This document shows positions 10,115 to 21,515 of a DNA stretch of 34,199 nt, piece after piece. The stretch covers positions 13,620 through 47,818 of the forward strand of contig DZDC01000002.1 of NCBI GenBank assembly GCA_022736595.1, in the 5' to 3' direction. The notes beneath the pieces are model-generated. The model was given only the letters and a program-made list of their open reading frames with translations. It was not told the origin of the DNA and made no database searches. How positions within the stretch are numbered: the stretch's first letter is position 1; every line of letters begins with the position of its first letter. Source of the stretch: Draconibacterium orientale (GTDB taxonomy: Bacteria; Bacteroidota; Bacteroidia; Bacteroidales; UBA1556). Position numbers and translations under genes: made by a program.

Positions 10115-10734
10115 TAGTATATAAAACCACAGGAGAAGAATCGGGTCGCAAAGTTGTTCTTAACGAACAAATTTTTGGAATCGAGCCCAATGATCACGCT
10201 ATTTACCTCGATGTAAAATTGCTTCAAGCCAATAAACGTCAAGGAACTCATAGTGCTAAGGAACGTAATGCAGTTTCAGGAAGTACCCGTAAGCTGAAAA
10301 GACAAAAGGGAACTGGTGGAGCTCGTTCTGGTGATATTAAGAGTCCATTATTGCGAGGTGGAGGAAGAGTATTTGGACCACGTCCGCGCAACTACTCTTT
10401 TAAGTTAAATAAGAAAGTTCGCAAGATTGCCCGTCTGTCGGCACTTACTTACAAAGCCAAAGAAAATGGCATTTTGATAGTAGAAGACTTCAACATGGCA
10501 ACTCCTAAAACCAAACTGTTTAATCAAATTCTTACCAACCTTAAGGTTAATGAAATCAGAACTTTATTGGTATTACCTATAGTAGATCAAAATATGTATC
10601 TAAGCTCACGCAACTTGTTCAGAAGTAGCATTGCCACAGCAAAGGATATCAATACTTACGATTTGCTTCACGCCAATAAATTGATCATCACCGAAAGTGG
10701 AATCAAAGAAATTGAAAAATTATTCAACGAATAG
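10105..10734 (+). CDS. rplD: 50S ribosomal protein L4
   Basis: [30 protein letters not shown]; overlaps rplC by 10 nt. Confidence 0.99.
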   Translation: MELVVYKTTGEESGRKVVLNEQIFGIEPNDHAIYLDVKLLQANKRQGTHSAKERNAVSGSTRKLKRQKGTGGARSGDIKSPLLRGGGRVFGPRPRNYSFKLNKKVRKIARLSALTYKAKENGILIVEDFNMATPKTKLFNQILTNLKVNEIRTLLVLPIVDQNMYLSSRNLFRSSIATAKDINTYDLLHANKLIITESGIKEIEKLFNE

Positions 10735-10768
10735 ATCGATTTAGTTTAATTCATAAACATTAGTAAAG

Positions 10769-11059
10769 ATGAATATTTTAGAAAGGCCCATCATTTCAGA
10801 AAAGATGAACCAGTTAAGCGAGAAGTTTCAGCGCTATGGATTCATTGTAAATAAGAAGGCCAACAAGATTCAGATTAGAAAGGCAGTTGAAGAACTTTAC
10901 AATGTTGAAGTTGTGGCTGTAAACACCATGAATTATAGTGGTAAAAGTAAGACCCGTGGTACTAAATCGGGTTTTATTTCCGGTAGCACCGGTGCTTTCA
11001 AAAAAGCAGTTATCACCTTAGCAGATGGTCAAAGTATTGATTTTTATAGTAATATCTAG
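10769..11059 (+). CDS. rplW: 50S ribosomal protein L23
   Basis: PIISEK, ANKIQIRKAVE, KKAVITL; S10-operon order. Confidence 0.98.
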   Translation: MNILERPIISEKMNQLSEKFQRYGFIVNKKANKIQIRKAVEELYNVEVVAVNTMNYSGKSKTRGTKSGFISGSTGAFKKAVITLADGQSIDFYSNI

Positions 11060-11071
11060 TAGAAGATAGAG

Positions 11072-11896
11072 ATGGCTTTAAAGAAATTCAAACCAACAAC
11101 CTCCAGTCAACGCTTCAAAATTGTAAGCGCATTTGACGACATCACAACCGCAACACCTGAAAAGAGTTTGTTGGCTCCAGTCAAAAATTCAGGTGGTCGC
11201 GACAATAAAGGTAAAATGACCATGCGCTACATTGGTGGCGGTCATAAAAAGCAATACCGTATCATCGACTTTAAACGTGAGAAGGACGGAGTTCCTGCAA
11301 CCGTTAAAAGTATTGAGTACGATCCAAATCGTACCGCACGTATCGCATTGCTATTTTATGCAGATGGTGAAAAACGTTATATTGTAGCACCCAAAGGCTT
11401 GCAAGTTGGCAAAACCTTAATGTCAGGTCCAGGAAGCGCACCAGAAGTTGGTAATACACTTTTGCTGAGCGAGATTCCATTCGGTACCATCATTCACAAC
11501 ATTGAGTTGCGTCCCGGTCAAGGAGCTAAAATGGCTCGTAGCGCTGGAAGTTACGCACAATTGATGTCGCGAGACGGAAAGTTTGCCATCATCAAATTGC
11601 CTTCAGGCGAAACCCGAATGATACTTCAAAGCTGCCGCGCAACCGTAGGTATGGTGAGTAACCCTGACCATAACTTGGAAGTGAGTGGAAAAGCAGGTCG
11701 TACTCGTTGGATGGGTCGTCGTCCTCGTGTAAATGCTGTACGTATGAATCCTGTCGATCACCCCATGGGTGGAGGAGAAGGACGTTCTACGGGAGGTCAC
11801 CCAAGATCACGTAAAGGCACTCCAGCTAAAGGTTATCGTACCCGTAGCAAGAAAAACCTTTCGGATAAGTATATAGTTGAAAGAAAGAAGAAGTAA
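11072..11896 (+). CDS. rplB: 50S ribosomal protein L2
   Basis: [26 protein letters not shown]. Confidence 0.99.
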   Translation: MALKKFKPTTSSQRFKIVSAFDDITTATPEKSLLAPVKNSGGRDNKGKMTMRYIGGGHKKQYRIIDFKREKDGVPATVKSIEYDPNRTARIALLFYADGEKRYIVAPKGLQVGKTLMSGPGSAPEVGNTLLLSEIPFGTIIHNIELRPGQGAKMARSAGSYAQLMSRDGKFAIIKLPSGETRMILQSCRATVGMVSNPDHNLEVSGKAGRTRWMGRRPRVNAVRMNPVDHPMGGGEGRSTGGHPRSRKGTPAKGYRTRSKKNLSDKYIVERKKK

Positions 11897-11913
11897 TTTA
11901 ATAGCCTAAGAAT

Positions 11914-12192
11914 ATGAGTCGTTCGCTTAAAAAAGGTCCATTTATACACTACAAACTAGACCGTAAGGTATTGGCCGCTCAAGAGTCAGGAAAAAAATCC
12001 ACCATCAAAACATGGTCGAGAGCATCAATGATCTCTCCCGATTTTGTTGGATTAACATTAGCAGTTCATAATGGAAATAAATTTATTCCAGTGTATGTAA
12101 CTGAAAATATGGTAGGTCACAAGTTAGGTGAGTTTTCGCCCACCCGTACATTCCGTGGCCATGCTGGTAGTAAAAATAAAGGCAAGAAATAA
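11914..12192 (+). CDS. rpsS: 30S ribosomal protein S19
   Basis: [26 protein letters not shown]. Confidence 0.99.
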   Translation: MSRSLKKGPFIHYKLDRKVLAAQESGKKSTIKTWSRASMISPDFVGLTLAVHNGNKFIPVYVTENMVGHKLGEFSPTRTFRGHAGSKNKGKK

Positions 12193-12203
12193 ATTCTAAA
12201 GTC

Positions 12204-12626
12204 ATGGGAGTTAGAAAACGTAAAAGCGCTGAAGTACGCAAAGAGAATAACAAAAGCACCTATTTTGCTAGGTTAAATGATGTTCCAACTTCACCACGCA
12301 AGATGAGACTTGTGGCCGACTTAGTTCGTAACGTAAATGTTGAACAAGCGTTGGCTATTCTGAAACATTCACCAAAAGAAGCTTCAGATCGCTTATATAA
12401 ATTATTGTTAAGTGCTATAAGTAATTGGCAAGCCAAAAACCAAGGTGCCCGAATGGAAGAAGCTCACTTATTTGTAAGTGAAGTATTCGTAGATAGCGGT
12501 CGTCAGCTGAAACGTATCCGTACTGCCCCACAAGGTCGTGCCAATCGTATCCGCAAGCGCTCTAACCACATTACCTTGTTTCTTAACAGTAGAGTAGAGC
12601 TTAACACCGAAATTACAAACAATTAA
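12204..12626 (+). CDS. rplV: 50S ribosomal protein L22
   Basis: [27 protein letters not shown]; Bacteroidota-type N-terminal extension. Confidence 0.98.
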   Translation: MGVRKRKSAEVRKENNKSTYFARLNDVPTSPRKMRLVADLVRNVNVEQALAILKHSPKEASDRLYKLLLSAISNWQAKNQGARMEEAHLFVSEVFVDSGRQLKRIRTAPQGRANRIRKRSNHITLFLNSRVELNTEITNN

Positions 12627-12636
12627 TTAGTCGAAA

Positions 12637-13368
12637 ATGGGTCAAAAAGCAAATCCAATAGGTTTACGATTAGGAATCACTCGTGGTTGGGATTCTAACT
12701 GGTTTGGTGGAAAAAGTTTCGAAACAAAAATCGTAGAAGACGATAAAATTCGTAAGTATTTGAAAGCACGTCTAGCAAAAGCTAGCGTTTCAAAAATAAA
12801 TATCGAAAGAACTCTTAAGTTAATCACTGTTACCATCAATACCGCCCGTCCTGGAATCATTATTGGTAAACAAGGTACCGAAGTAGATAAACTCAAAGAA
12901 GAGCTTAAAAAAATTACTGGTAAAGAAATACAAATCAATATCCTTGAGATAAAGAGACCGGAACTCGATGCTTACTTGGTAGGCCAATCCGTGGCTCAAC
13001 AAATTGAAGGTCGTGTTTCATACCGTAGAGCAATTAAAATGGCTATAGCAAGCAGTATGCGAATTGGCGCCGAAGGTATCAAAGTTATGATATCAGGTCG
13101 AATTGGTGGCGCTGAAATGGCTCGTAGTGAAATGTACAAAGAAGGTCGTATTCCGTTACATACCCTTCGCGCCGATATCGATTATGCATTGGTTGAAGCA
13201 CATACCACTTACGGATTGCTTGGAGTTAAAGTGTGGATTTTTAAAGGTGAAGTTTATGGCAAACGCGACTTTAGCGTTTACGAGTCAGCAGCCGTTAATG
13301 CTAATGATGCCAACCGTAAAAACACCAATCAACGCAATAAGAAGAATCCACGCAAAAGAACTCGATAA
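12637..13368 (+). CDS. rpsC: 30S ribosomal protein S3
   Basis: [35 protein letters not shown]. Confidence 0.99.
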   Translation: MGQKANPIGLRLGITRGWDSNWFGGKSFETKIVEDDKIRKYLKARLAKASVSKINIERTLKLITVTINTARPGIIIGKQGTEVDKLKEELKKITGKEIQINILEIKRPELDAYLVGQSVAQQIEGRVSYRRAIKMAIASSMRIGAEGIKVMISGRIGGAEMARSEMYKEGRIPLHTLRADIDYALVEAHTTYGLLGVKVWIFKGEVYGKRDFSVYESAAVNANDANRKNTNQRNKKNPRKRTR

Positions 13369-13402
13369 CCCAATATTAACGAACCTCTAAAATTTTGTAA
13401 TA

Positions 13403-13822
13403 ATGTTACAGCCAAAGAGAACAAAGTTCAGAAAACAAATGAAGGGAAGAATGAAAGGAAACGTGTCTCGCGGGGCAATGTTATCTTTCGGTTCTTTTGG
13501 AATAAAATCCCTTGAAGAAACCTGGATTACCGGACGTCAAATTGAAGCTGCTCGTCAAGCAGTTACCCGTTACATGAAACGTGAAGGGCAAATTTGGATT
13601 CGCCTATTCCCCGACAAACCTATCACCAAAAAGCCTGCAGAGGTACGTATGGGTAAAGGAAAAGGTGCACCTGAAGGATTTGTTGCCCGATGCAAACCTG
13701 GTAAAATCTTATTTGAAGCCGAAGGAGTATCCTTGGAAGTGGCTAAAGAAGCAATGCGCTTAGCAGCCCAAAAACTTCCAGTGAAGACTAAATTTATCGT
13801 ACGAAACGATTACTCTGAATAG
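13403..13822 (+). CDS. rplP: 50S ribosomal protein L16
   Basis: [27 protein letters not shown]. Confidence 0.99.
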   Translation: MLQPKRTKFRKQMKGRMKGNVSRGAMLSFGSFGIKSLEETWITGRQIEAARQAVTRYMKREGQIWIRLFPDKPITKKPAEVRMGKGKGAPEGFVARCKPGKILFEAEGVSLEVAKEAMRLAAQKLPVKTKFIVRNDYSE

Positions 13823-13855
13823 TCGGGTTAACCTTTAAAATCTAAGAATCAAACC

Positions 13856-14059
13856 ATGAAAAAAGAAGTAATTAAAGATTTATCCACCGACGATCTTAAA
13901 GATCGTTTAAGTGAAGAGCAGTTGTTTTTGACCAAAACCAAATTGCATCATGCAGTTAGTCAAATCGAAAACCCTCAAGTCATCAAAAATACCCGCAAAA
14001 GTATTGCTCGTATTAATACTGAATTGAGAAAACGTGAATTAGAAGCTGCTAGTAAATAA
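13856..14059 (+). CDS. rpmC: 50S ribosomal protein L29
   Basis: 67-aa ORF with [14 protein letters not shown] between rplP and rpsQ. Confidence 0.96.
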   Translation: MKKEVIKDLSTDDLKDRLSEEQLFLTKTKLHHAVSQIENPQVIKNTRKSIARINTELRKRELEAASK

Positions 14060-14076
14060 TGTTAATCCGAACCAAG

Positions 14077-14337
14077 ATGGAAGAAAGCAGAAACTTAAGA
14101 AAAGAACGTATAGGTGTTGTAGTTAGCAACAAGATGGATAAAACCATCTCCGTTAACATAGAACGTAAAGTTAAACATCCTATGTACGGAAAATTCGTAA
14201 AGAGATCCAAAAAATATTTGGCTCATGACGAACTAAACACTTGCGGCATTGGTGATACCGTGCGTATCATGGAAACTCGTCCGCTTAGTAAAAACAAATG
14301 TTGGAGATTAGTCGAAATCATTGAAAGAGCTAAATAA
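14077..14337 (+). CDS. rpsQ: 30S ribosomal protein S17
   Basis: [24 protein letters not shown]. The start is probably the ATG at 14077; an in-frame ATG at 14059 overlaps the rpmC stop. Confidence 0.97.
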   Translation: MEESRNLRKERIGVVVSNKMDKTISVNIERKVKHPMYGKFVKRSKKYLAHDELNTCGIGDTVRIMETRPLSKNKCWRLVEIIERAK

Positions 14338-14339
14338 TT

Positions 14340-14708
14340 ATGTTACAACAAGAATCAAGAGCAATAGTAGCCGATAATAGCGGCGCCAGAGAAGTACTCG
14401 TTATTCGAGTGCTTGGAGGAACAAAACGTCGTTACGCTCGCATAGGCGACAAAGTAGTAGTGACCATAAAAAATGCTATCCCCAGTGGTAACGTTAAAAA
14501 AGGTACAGTAGCAAAAGCAGTGGTTGTTCGCTCCAAAAAAGAAATCCGCCGCAACGATGGATCCTACATCCGTTTCGATGATAACGCTGTAGTATTGTTA
14601 AATGGAGCAGGTGAAATGATGGGTACCCGCATTTTTGGTCCCGTTGCCCGTGAACTTCGTGAAAAGAAGTTTATGAAAATAGTTTCATTAGCACCCGAAG
14701 TATTGTAG
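14340..14708 (+). CDS. rplN: 50S ribosomal protein L14
   Basis: [33 protein letters not shown]. Confidence 0.99.
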   Translation: MLQQESRAIVADNSGAREVLVIRVLGGTKRRYARIGDKVVVTIKNAIPSGNVKKGTVAKAVVVRSKKEIRRNDGSYIRFDDNAVVLLNGAGEMMGTRIFGPVARELREKKFMKIVSLAPEVL

Positions 14709-14734
14709 GTATAACTCGCAAGAATTGAAGTAAA

Positions 14735-15052
14735 ATGAATGCAAAATTAAAACTCAAAAAAAACGATATCGTAAAAGTTATCGCTGGTCAAGACAAAGGC
14801 AAAGATGGTAAGATCCTCGAGATCATTACTGAGAAAAACAAAGCCTTAGTCGAAGGTGTTAACATGGTATCCAAGCATACTAAGCCTAGTGCTAAGCACC
14901 CTCAAGGCGGTATCATTCAGAAAGAAGCCCCCATCCACATCTCAAATCTTATGTTTGTTGATGCTAAAGGTAAAGCTACACGCGTAGGCCGTAAAGAGGT
15001 TGATGGAAAAATTGTTCGTTACTCTAAAAAATCAGAGGAGGTAATTAAATAA
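14735..15052 (+). CDS. rplX: 50S ribosomal protein L24
   Basis: KOW motif [21 protein letters not shown]. Confidence 0.99.
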   Translation: MNAKLKLKKNDIVKVIAGQDKGKDGKILEIITEKNKALVEGVNMVSKHTKPSAKHPQGGIIQKEAPIHISNLMFVDAKGKATRVGRKEVDGKIVRYSKKSEEVIK

Positions 15053-15606
15053 TGAATTATACACCAAGTCTTAAAGTAAAATATTCCGACGAAATTGTTC
15101 CAGCTTTAATGCAACAATTTAATTATAAGTCGATAATGGAAGTTCCTCGCTTAATGAAGATTTCTATTAACCAAGGCGTAGGTAATGCCATTAGCGATAA
15201 AAAAATGCTTGACCTCACCGTTGAAGAACTTTCTAATATCGCTGGTCAAAGAGCCGTTAAAACATTGTCAAAAAAGGACATCTCAAACTTCAAACTTCGT
15301 AAAGGTGTGGGCATTGGTGCTCGTGTAACCCTTCGTCGCGAAAGAATGTACGAATTCCTTGAAAGACTCGTAAATGTTTCTTTGCCCCGCGTACGTGACT
15401 TTAGAGGTATCAATAATAAAGGTTTCGACGGTAAAGGAAATTACAACCTCGGTATCAAAGAACAATTGATCTTCCCCGAAATTGTAATGGATAAAGTAAC
15501 TCGTATCCAAGGTATGAACATCACCTTCGTAACCACTGCTAAAACAGACGCCGAAGCATACGCATTGTTGAAAGAATTTGGATTACCATTTAAAACTGAT
15601 AAATAA
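15052..15606 (+). CDS. rplE: 50S ribosomal protein L5
   Basis: [25 protein letters not shown]. Confidence 0.99.
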   Translation: MNYTPSLKVKYSDEIVPALMQQFNYKSIMEVPRLMKISINQGVGNAISDKKMLDLTVEELSNIAGQRAVKTLSKKDISNFKLRKGVGIGARVTLRRERMYEFLERLVNVSLPRVRDFRGINNKGFDGKGNYNLGIKEQLIFPEIVMDKVTRIQGMNITFVTTAKTDAEAYALLKEFGLPFKTDK

Positions 15607-15875
15607 TGGCTAAAGAATCAATGAAAGCGCGCGAGCGCAAAAGAGAAAAAATGGTAGCTAAATATGCCAAGAAAAGAGCTGCCCTTAAAGAGGCTAACGA
15701 TGTGGAAGGTTTACAAAAACTTCCAAAAAATGCTAGCCCAGTGCGTTTGCATAACCGTTGCCAACTTTCAGGTCGTCCAAGAGGGTATATGCGCCAATTT
15801 GGAATCAGCCGTATCAACTTCCGCGAAATGGCGCTCGCAGGCCTTATCCCTGGAGTTAAGAAAGCAAGCTGGTAA
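15606..15875 (+). CDS. rpsN: 30S ribosomal protein S14 (89-aa, non-zinc-ribbon type)
   Basis: [32 protein letters not shown]. Confidence 0.99.
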   Translation: MAKESMKARERKREKMVAKYAKKRAALKEANDVEGLQKLPKNASPVRLHNRCQLSGRPRGYMRQFGISRINFREMALAGLIPGVKKASW

Positions 15876-15907
15876 ATATTAAATATTAATTTTTAAAATA
15901 CAATAAG

Positions 15908-16306
15908 ATGGTAACCGATCAAATAGCAGATTATTTGACTAGAATTAGAAATGCAGTAGCTGCAAAACATAAAGTAGTCGAAGTGCCTTCTTCAAACATG
16001 AAAAAAGAAATAACCAAAATTCTCTACAATAAAGGTTATATTCTTAGTTACAAGTTTGTTGATGAGGGCGTTAGTAAAACAATCAAAATTGCACTTAAGT
16101 ATCATCCCGAAACTAAAGCCTCAGCAATTCAATCCTTGGAACGTATTAGTAAACCTGGTTTACGTAAATATGCCAATTCAAAAAGCATTCCTAGAGTAAT
16201 CAATGGTCTAGGTATCGCAATTCTGTCAACTTCAAGCGGTATTATTACCGATAAAGAAGCTCGTCAATTGAATGTAGGTGGGGAAGTTATTTGTTATGTA
16301 AGCTAA
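15908..16306 (+). CDS. rpsH: 30S ribosomal protein S8
   Basis: IADYLTRIRNA, RISKPGLRKY, GGEVICYV. Confidence 0.99.
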   Translation: MVTDQIADYLTRIRNAVAAKHKVVEVPSSNMKKEITKILYNKGYILSYKFVDEGVSKTIKIALKYHPETKASAIQSLERISKPGLRKYANSKSIPRVINGLGIAILSTSSGIITDKEARQLNVGGEVICYVS

Positions 16307-16325
16307 TTTTCAAAAAAGATAACGT

Positions 16326-16883
16326 ATGTCAAGAATAGGAAAAATGCCCATCGCTATACCTGCTGGTGTAGAGATCAACATCAACATCAATAGCATTGTT
16401 GTTAAAGGAAAATTAGGAACGCTTACTCAAGCATTTGATCATAATGCAGTTGAAGTTAAAGTTGAAAACAACCAAATATTAGTACAACGGTTTAATGATT
16501 CAAAAGATGCTCGCTCTAAACATGGTCTTTATCGTGCTTTAATCAATAACATGGTTAAAGGTGTTTCCGAAGGATTTAAATCAGTACAGGAATTAGTTGG
16601 GGTAGGTTACCGTGCCGTAACTCAAGAGCAAGTTCTAGATTTGTCTCTTGGTCAATCTCACCACATCTATTTTCAAATTCCTGCTGAAGTGAAGGTTGAA
16701 ACCATTTCTGAAAAAGGTAAAAACCCACTCGTAGTACTTACCACTGCCGATAAGCAATTGTTAGGTCAAATCAGTTCAAAAATCAGATCATTACGCAAAC
16801 CTGAACCATACAAAGGTAAAGGGGTTCGTTACCAAAATGAGGTTGTACGTAGAAAAGCTGGTAAATCAGCTGGTAAAAAATAA
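16326..16883 (+). CDS. rplF: 50S ribosomal protein L6
   Basis: MSRIGK, GVGYRA, PEPYKGKGVRY. Confidence 0.99.
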   Translation: MSRIGKMPIAIPAGVEINININSIVVKGKLGTLTQAFDHNAVEVKVENNQILVQRFNDSKDARSKHGLYRALINNMVKGVSEGFKSVQELVGVGYRAVTQEQVLDLSLGQSHHIYFQIPAEVKVETISEKGKNPLVVLTTADKQLLGQISSKIRSLRKPEPYKGKGVRYQNEVVRRKAGKSAGKK

Positions 16884-16901
16884 TATTATAAATAAAGCAC
16901 G

Positions 16902-17258
16902 ATGAAAGATACAAAATTATTTCACAGATCTCGGATTAGACGCCGTGTTCGCGCCAAAATATCAGGAACTCCTGAACGTCCAAGATTGAGTGTTTTTAGA
17001 AGCAATAAACAAATTTATGCACAGATTATCGACGACGCAGCAGGTCGCACCATTGCAGCTGCTTCTTCAATCGATAAAGAAGTAGCTTCTAAAAAAGTTA
17101 ACAAAATAGAACAAGCCAAGTTAGTAGGTGCACTTTTAGCCGATCGCGCTAAAGAAGCCGAAGTAGAAACTGTGGTCTTCGACCGCGGAGGTTATATCTA
17201 CCACGGACGTGTTAAGTCATTGGCTGATGGAGCTAGAGAAGGTGGTCTTAATTTTTAA
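16902..17258 (+). CDS. rplR: 50S ribosomal protein L18
   Basis: [25 protein letters not shown]. Confidence 0.99.
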   Translation: MKDTKLFHRSRIRRRVRAKISGTPERPRLSVFRSNKQIYAQIIDDAAGRTIAAASSIDKEVASKKVNKIEQAKLVGALLADRAKEAEVETVVFDRGGYIYHGRVKSLADGAREGGLNF

Positions 17259-17273
17259 AACAACGGAAAAGGT

Positions 17274-17783
17274 ATGAACGATAATAAAATCAAATCAAGC
17301 GAAATTGAATTTAAAGATCGCCTTGTAAGCATCCAAAGAGTTACCAAAGTAACCAAAGGAGGAAGAACATTTAGCTTTTCAGCAATTGTGGTTGTTGGAA
17401 ACGAAAATGGGGTGGTAGGTTACGGACTAGGAAAAGCCAATGAGGTGACTGCAGCTATATCAAAAGGAATTGATGATGCTAAAAAACACTTGATTCAAGT
17501 GCCTCTTAACAAAGGAACCCTGCCTCATGAGCAAACAGGAAAGTATAGCGGAGCTCGCGTTTTTATGAAACCCGCTTCTGCTGGTACTGGAGTAATTGCC
17601 GGTGGTGCAATGCGTGCCGTGCTTGAAAGCGTTGGAATAAAGGATGTGTTAGCTAAATCAAAAGGGTCTTCAAACCCTCACTCTGTGGTAAAAGCAACGA
17701 TTGACGCTCTATCCCAACTCAGAGATCCTCGCACCATCGCTAAAATGCGTGGTATTACTTTAAATAAAGTTTTTAATGGTTAA
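17274..17783 (+). CDS. rpsE: 30S ribosomal protein S5
   Basis: [26 protein letters not shown]. Confidence 0.99.
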   Translation: MNDNKIKSSEIEFKDRLVSIQRVTKVTKGGRTFSFSAIVVVGNENGVVGYGLGKANEVTAAISKGIDDAKKHLIQVPLNKGTLPHEQTGKYSGARVFMKPASAGTGVIAGGAMRAVLESVGIKDVLAKSKGSSNPHSVVKATIDALSQLRDPRTIAKMRGITLNKVFNG

Positions 17784-17803
17784 TTTCGGAAGCATTAATA
17801 TAG

Positions 17804-17813
17804 TATTTTTGCA
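17804..17813 (+). promoter_or_regulatory. Possible internal promoter (-7 element) upstream of rpmD
   Basis: TATTTTTGCA, an exact TAnnTTTG(CA) match in the rpsE-rpmD gap; no clear TTTG -33 element. Confidence 0.45.
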
Positions 17814-17831
17814 CGTTTAAAATTAAGGAGA

Positions 17832-18011
17832 ATGGAAAAGCTCAGAATTAAACAAATCAAAAGCGGTATAGGCCGCCCAGAGGATCAAAAGCGTACCCTA
17901 AAAGCTTTAGGAATTAGCAAGATGCAACGTCCACGCGAAGTTGTAGTAAGCCCTCAAGTATTGGGTATGATCGAAAAAGTAAAGCATTTGCTTTCAGTAG
18001 AAGAAGTTTAG
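17832..18011 (+). CDS. rpmD: 50S ribosomal protein L30 (not in ORF track)
   Basis: Manual translation: MEKLRIKQIKSGIGRPEDQKRTLKALGISKMQRPREVVVSPQVLGMIEKVKHLLSVEEV (59 aa), between rpsE and rplO. Confidence 0.97.
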   Translation: MEKLRIKQIKSGIGRPEDQKRTLKALGISKMQRPREVVVSPQVLGMIEKVKHLLSVEEV

Positions 18012-18037
18012 TATTTAATATTTTAAGTAATAAAGTA

Positions 18038-18484
18038 ATGGATTTAAGTAATCTTAAACCAGCCTCAGGCTCAGTAAAAAATCGTAAGCGCATTGGTCGC
18101 GGTCAAGGTTCTACTCGTGGTGGTACCTCTACGCGTGGACATAAAGGTCAAAAATCTCGTTCTGGCTATTCTTCAAAAGCTGGATTCGAAGGAGGTCAAA
18201 TGCCTTTGTACCGTCGCTTACCTAAGTTTGGTTTCAAAAACATCAATCGTGTCGAATATCAAGGTATAAACCTAGATGTTATACAAGCACTTTGCGATTC
18301 AAAAGGAATTTCCTTTTTCGATTTTGAAGTGTTTGTTAACAACGGTTTAGCCAGCAAGAATGATTTGGTTAAAATACTAGGACGTGGTGTCCTAAGTTCA
18401 AAAGTTGAAATCCATGCTCACGCATTTACTGCTACTGCCTTATCGGCTATCGAAAAAGTAAATGGTGTTGCAACCAAACTTTAA
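18038..18484 (+). CDS. rplO: 50S ribosomal protein L15
   Basis: RIGRGQGS, GHKGQKSRSG, FEGGQMPLYRRLPKFGF. Confidence 0.99.
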   Translation: MDLSNLKPASGSVKNRKRIGRGQGSTRGGTSTRGHKGQKSRSGYSSKAGFEGGQMPLYRRLPKFGFKNINRVEYQGINLDVIQALCDSKGISFFDFEVFVNNGLASKNDLVKILGRGVLSSKVEIHAHAFTATALSAIEKVNGVATKL

Positions 18485-18490
18485 TATTTT

Positions 18491-19885
18491 ATGAAGAAAT
18501 TTATAGAAACATTAAAGAACATTTGGCATATAGAAGAGTTACGTAATCGTATCATTCTAACGTTGTCGCTTGTGATGATTTACCGTTTGGGAGCCTATGT
18601 AGTTCTTCCAGGGGTAGATCCTCGCGGTTTGGAAGCCCTCCAACAACAAGGTGAAGACGGATTGATTGGACTTATTAATATGTTTTCAGGTGGAGCTTTC
18701 TCCAATGCATCCATTTTTGCGTTGGGTATTATGCCTTATATCACTGCATCCATCGTGATTCAGCTTTTGACTATGGCAGTTCCTTACTTCCAAAAGATTC
18801 AAAAAGAAGGAGAAAGTGGTCGTAAGAAAATAAATCAAATTACCCGACTCCTAACCGTAATTATTGTGGCTTTTCAGGCTCCAGGATACATCGCTAATAT
18901 GATTAATACTCTTGGAAAATATTACCAAAGCGAGTCAGGTGCTGTTTTAGAAACCGTTCCATTATATACCGATAGCCCAACCTTTTTCTATGTTTTATCT
19001 GTAGTTATCCTTATTGCAGGTACCATGTTTATTATGTGGTTAGGTGAGCGTATTACCGATAAAGGTATTGGAAATGGTATTTCTTTAATCATTATGATTG
19101 GTATTATTGCACGTCTTCCAATGGCTCTTGTTGCTGAGTTTTCATCTAAAGTAACTCAACAAACAGGAGGGTTGGTGATGTTCCTAGCCGAAATGGTATT
19201 CCTTGTATTTGTAATATTAGTAACCATTCTTCTGGTACAAGGTACACGCCGAGTTCCAATTAATTTCGCTAAACGAATCGTTGGAAATAAACAATATGGT
19301 GGCGTACGTCAATATGTTCCTTTGAAAGTGAATGCAGCTGGTGTAATGCCTATCATCTTTGCTCAAGCAATCATGATGTTGCCCATCACTATTATTGGAT
19401 ATGCACAATCTGATAACTTAAGTTGGTTTGCCACTGCTTTTAGCGATTTTCAAGGTTTTTGGTATAACTTGGTATTTGGCCTTATGATTATTGCTTTTAC
19501 CTATTTCTATACTGCAATTACCATTAACCCTAACCAAATTGCTGAGGATCTTAAGAAAAATGGAGGCTTCATCCCTGGTGTAAAACCAGGTAAAAAGACT
19601 GCAGAGTTTTTAGATAATATCTTAAGCCGCGTAACCCTTCCTGGTTCAATTTTCCTCGCTTTTGTAGCTATCATGCCAGCTATTGTTGGTCAAGTGGGTG
19701 TAAATCAGCAATTCGCACAGTTTTTTGGAGGTACTTCATTGCTTATCCTAGTAGGAGTAGTCTTGGATACACTTCAACAAATTGAAAGTCACTTGTTGAT
19801 GCGTCATTACGATGGATTAACCAAAACAGGACGCATTAAAGGCCGCAATAGCAATATGTATGGTGTTAGTGGCGTAAATATGTAA
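18491..19885 (+). CDS. secY: Preprotein translocase subunit SecY
   Basis: SIFALGIMPYITASI, WLGERIT..GIGNGISL, GVMPIIFA, GGTSLLILVGV. Confidence 0.99.
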   Translation: MKKFIETLKNIWHIEELRNRIILTLSLVMIYRLGAYVVLPGVDPRGLEALQQQGEDGLIGLINMFSGGAFSNASIFALGIMPYITASIVIQLLTMAVPYFQKIQKEGESGRKKINQITRLLTVIIVAFQAPGYIANMINTLGKYYQSESGAVLETVPLYTDSPTFFYVLSVVILIAGTMFIMWLGERITDKGIGNGISLIIMIGIIARLPMALVAEFSSKVTQQTGGLVMFLAEMVFLVFVILVTILLVQGTRRVPINFAKRIVGNKQYGGVRQYVPLKVNAAGVMPIIFAQAIMMLPITIIGYAQSDNLSWFATAFSDFQGFWYNLVFGLMIIAFTYFYTAITINPNQIAEDLKKNGGFIPGVKPGKKTAEFLDNILSRVTLPGSIFLAFVAIMPAIVGQVGVNQQFAQFFGGTSLLILVGVVLDTLQQIESHLLMRHYDGLTKTGRIKGRNSNMYGVSGVNM

Positions 19886-19903
19886 TAACTTAAGTGTTTA
19901 AAC

Positions 19904-20689
19904 ATGATCGTAAAAACACTTGAAGAGATAGAATTAATTAGACAAAGTTCTTTACTTGTTGGAAAAACTCTGGCTGAAGTGGCTAAAATCATGAAGCCCG
20001 GAGTCAAAACTATTGAAATGGATCGCTTAGCCGAGACTTTTATCCGAGATCATAAAGCTGAACCCGGATTTAAAGGATACGGTGGGTTTCCCGCAACACT
20101 TTGTATCTCTATCGGAGATGAAGTGGTACATGGAATTCCGGGCGATCGCGAACTTAAAGATGGTGATTTGGTTTCGGTGGATTGTGGCACTTTACTCAAT
20201 AGCTTTTACGGCGACTATGCCTACTCCTTTGCAATAGGAGAATGCGATGATGATCTCTTGAAACTTCAACAGGTCACCAAGGAGTCGCTTTACCTAGGTG
20301 CTGAGCAGGCAATATTAGGTCGTAGAACAGGCGATATAGGCTATGCCATCCAGAGTTACGTTGAAAGTTTTGGTTACTCCGTGGTTAGAGATCTTACCGG
20401 ACATGGTATAGGTCGCAAACTTCACGAAGGTCCCGAAGTTCTCAATTATGGAAAAAGAGGAAGCGGAAAAATGCTGCCTGAAAATCTTGTGATTTGCATC
20501 GAACCCATGATTAATATGGGAGTTAAAGAAGTAACACAAGACCATGATGGATGGACTATCAGAACTAAAGACCATAAAGCCTCAGCTCATTTTGAGCACA
20601 TGGTGGTGGTTAAATCCAACAAACCTGAGTTTTTGTCGACGTATGAATTTATAGAAGAAGTATTAAAGCATAACAAAAATATTAGATAA
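19904..20689 (+). CDS. map: Methionine aminopeptidase type I
   Basis: VVHGIP, SVDCG, YGD, GHGIG..LHE, IEPM, SAHFEH. Confidence 0.98.
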   Translation: MIVKTLEEIELIRQSSLLVGKTLAEVAKIMKPGVKTIEMDRLAETFIRDHKAEPGFKGYGGFPATLCISIGDEVVHGIPGDRELKDGDLVSVDCGTLLNSFYGDYAYSFAIGECDDDLLKLQQVTKESLYLGAEQAILGRRTGDIGYAIQSYVESFGYSVVRDLTGHGIGRKLHEGPEVLNYGKRGSGKMLPENLVICIEPMINMGVKEVTQDHDGWTIRTKDHKASAHFEHMVVVKSNKPEFLSTYEFIEEVLKHNKNIR

Positions 20690-20690
20690 T

Positions 20691-20909
20691 ATGGCAAAAC
20701 AAGTATCAATCGAACAAGATGGAATCGTCCTAGAATCCTTGGGCAATGCCATGTTTCGTGTTGAGCTTGAAAATGGACATGTGTTGATTGCCCATATTTC
20801 TGGTAAAATGCGAATGCACTACATAAAAATATTGCCTGGAGATAAGGTAAGACTCGAAATCTCACCTTATGACTTGTCCAAAGGAAGAATTTCATTTAGA
20901 TACAAATAG
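20691..20909 (+). CDS. infA: Translation initiation factor IF-1
   Basis: [26 protein letters not shown]. Confidence 0.99.
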   Translation: MAKQVSIEQDGIVLESLGNAMFRVELENGHVLIAHISGKMRMHYIKILPGDKVRLEISPYDLSKGRISFRYK

Positions 20910-20931
20910 CAAACAATAAACAACAGATAAA

Positions 20932-21048
20932 ATGAAGATTAGAGCATCTGTAAAAAAGAGAAGTGAAGATGATATCATCGTTCGTCGTAAAGGCAGAGTA
21001 TACATCATCAATAAGAAAAACCCTAAGCTGAAACAGCGTCAGGGCTAA
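20932..21048 (+). CDS. rpmJ: 50S ribosomal protein L36 (not in ORF track; cysteine-free)
   Basis: Manual translation: [38 protein letters not shown] (38 aa). Confidence 0.97.
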   Translation: MKIRASVKKRSEDDIIVRRKGRVYIINKKNPKLKQRQG

Positions 21049-21092
21049 TTTATAATTTAATTATTTTAACGTAACCATTTAATTAAAAGTCT

Positions 21093-21470
21093 ATGGCTAG
21101 AATCGCGGGAGTAGACATCCCAAACAACAAGAGAGGCGAAATTGCCCTGACTTATATCTTCGGAATAGGTCGTAGCACTGCAAAAACTATACTGGAAACG
21201 GTTGGAGTTGACATCAACAAGAAAGTGAACGACTGGGATGATGAAGATCAAAAGAAGATACGTGAATACATCGGAAAGAACATTACCGTTGAAGGCGAAT
21301 TACGTTCAGAAGTACAAATGAACATTAAACGTCTAATGGATATTGGATCCTATCGTGGTGTACGTCATCGTCTCGGATTACCTCTACGTGGTCAAAGCAC
21401 TAAGAACAATGCCCGTACTCGTAAAGGTAAGAAAAAGACAGTTGCTGGAAAGAAAAAGGCAACTAAATAA
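21093..21470 (+). CDS. rpsM: 30S ribosomal protein S13
   Basis: [32 protein letters not shown]. Confidence 0.99.
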   Translation: MARIAGVDIPNNKRGEIALTYIFGIGRSTAKTILETVGVDINKKVNDWDDEDQKKIREYIGKNITVEGELRSEVQMNIKRLMDIGSYRGVRHRLGLPLRGQSTKNNARTRKGKKKTVAGKKKATK

Positions 21471-21515
21471 GTAGGGTAAAAAGTTTAAAGAAAAACTTAA
21501 AGTATTAGTAGCATT

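Noticed and set aside
17824-17834. TAAGGAG Shine-Dalgarno-like sequence before rpmD in a lineage that rarely uses SD sites
   Set aside because: Only 1 nt separates it from the ATG, which is too close for canonical SD function.
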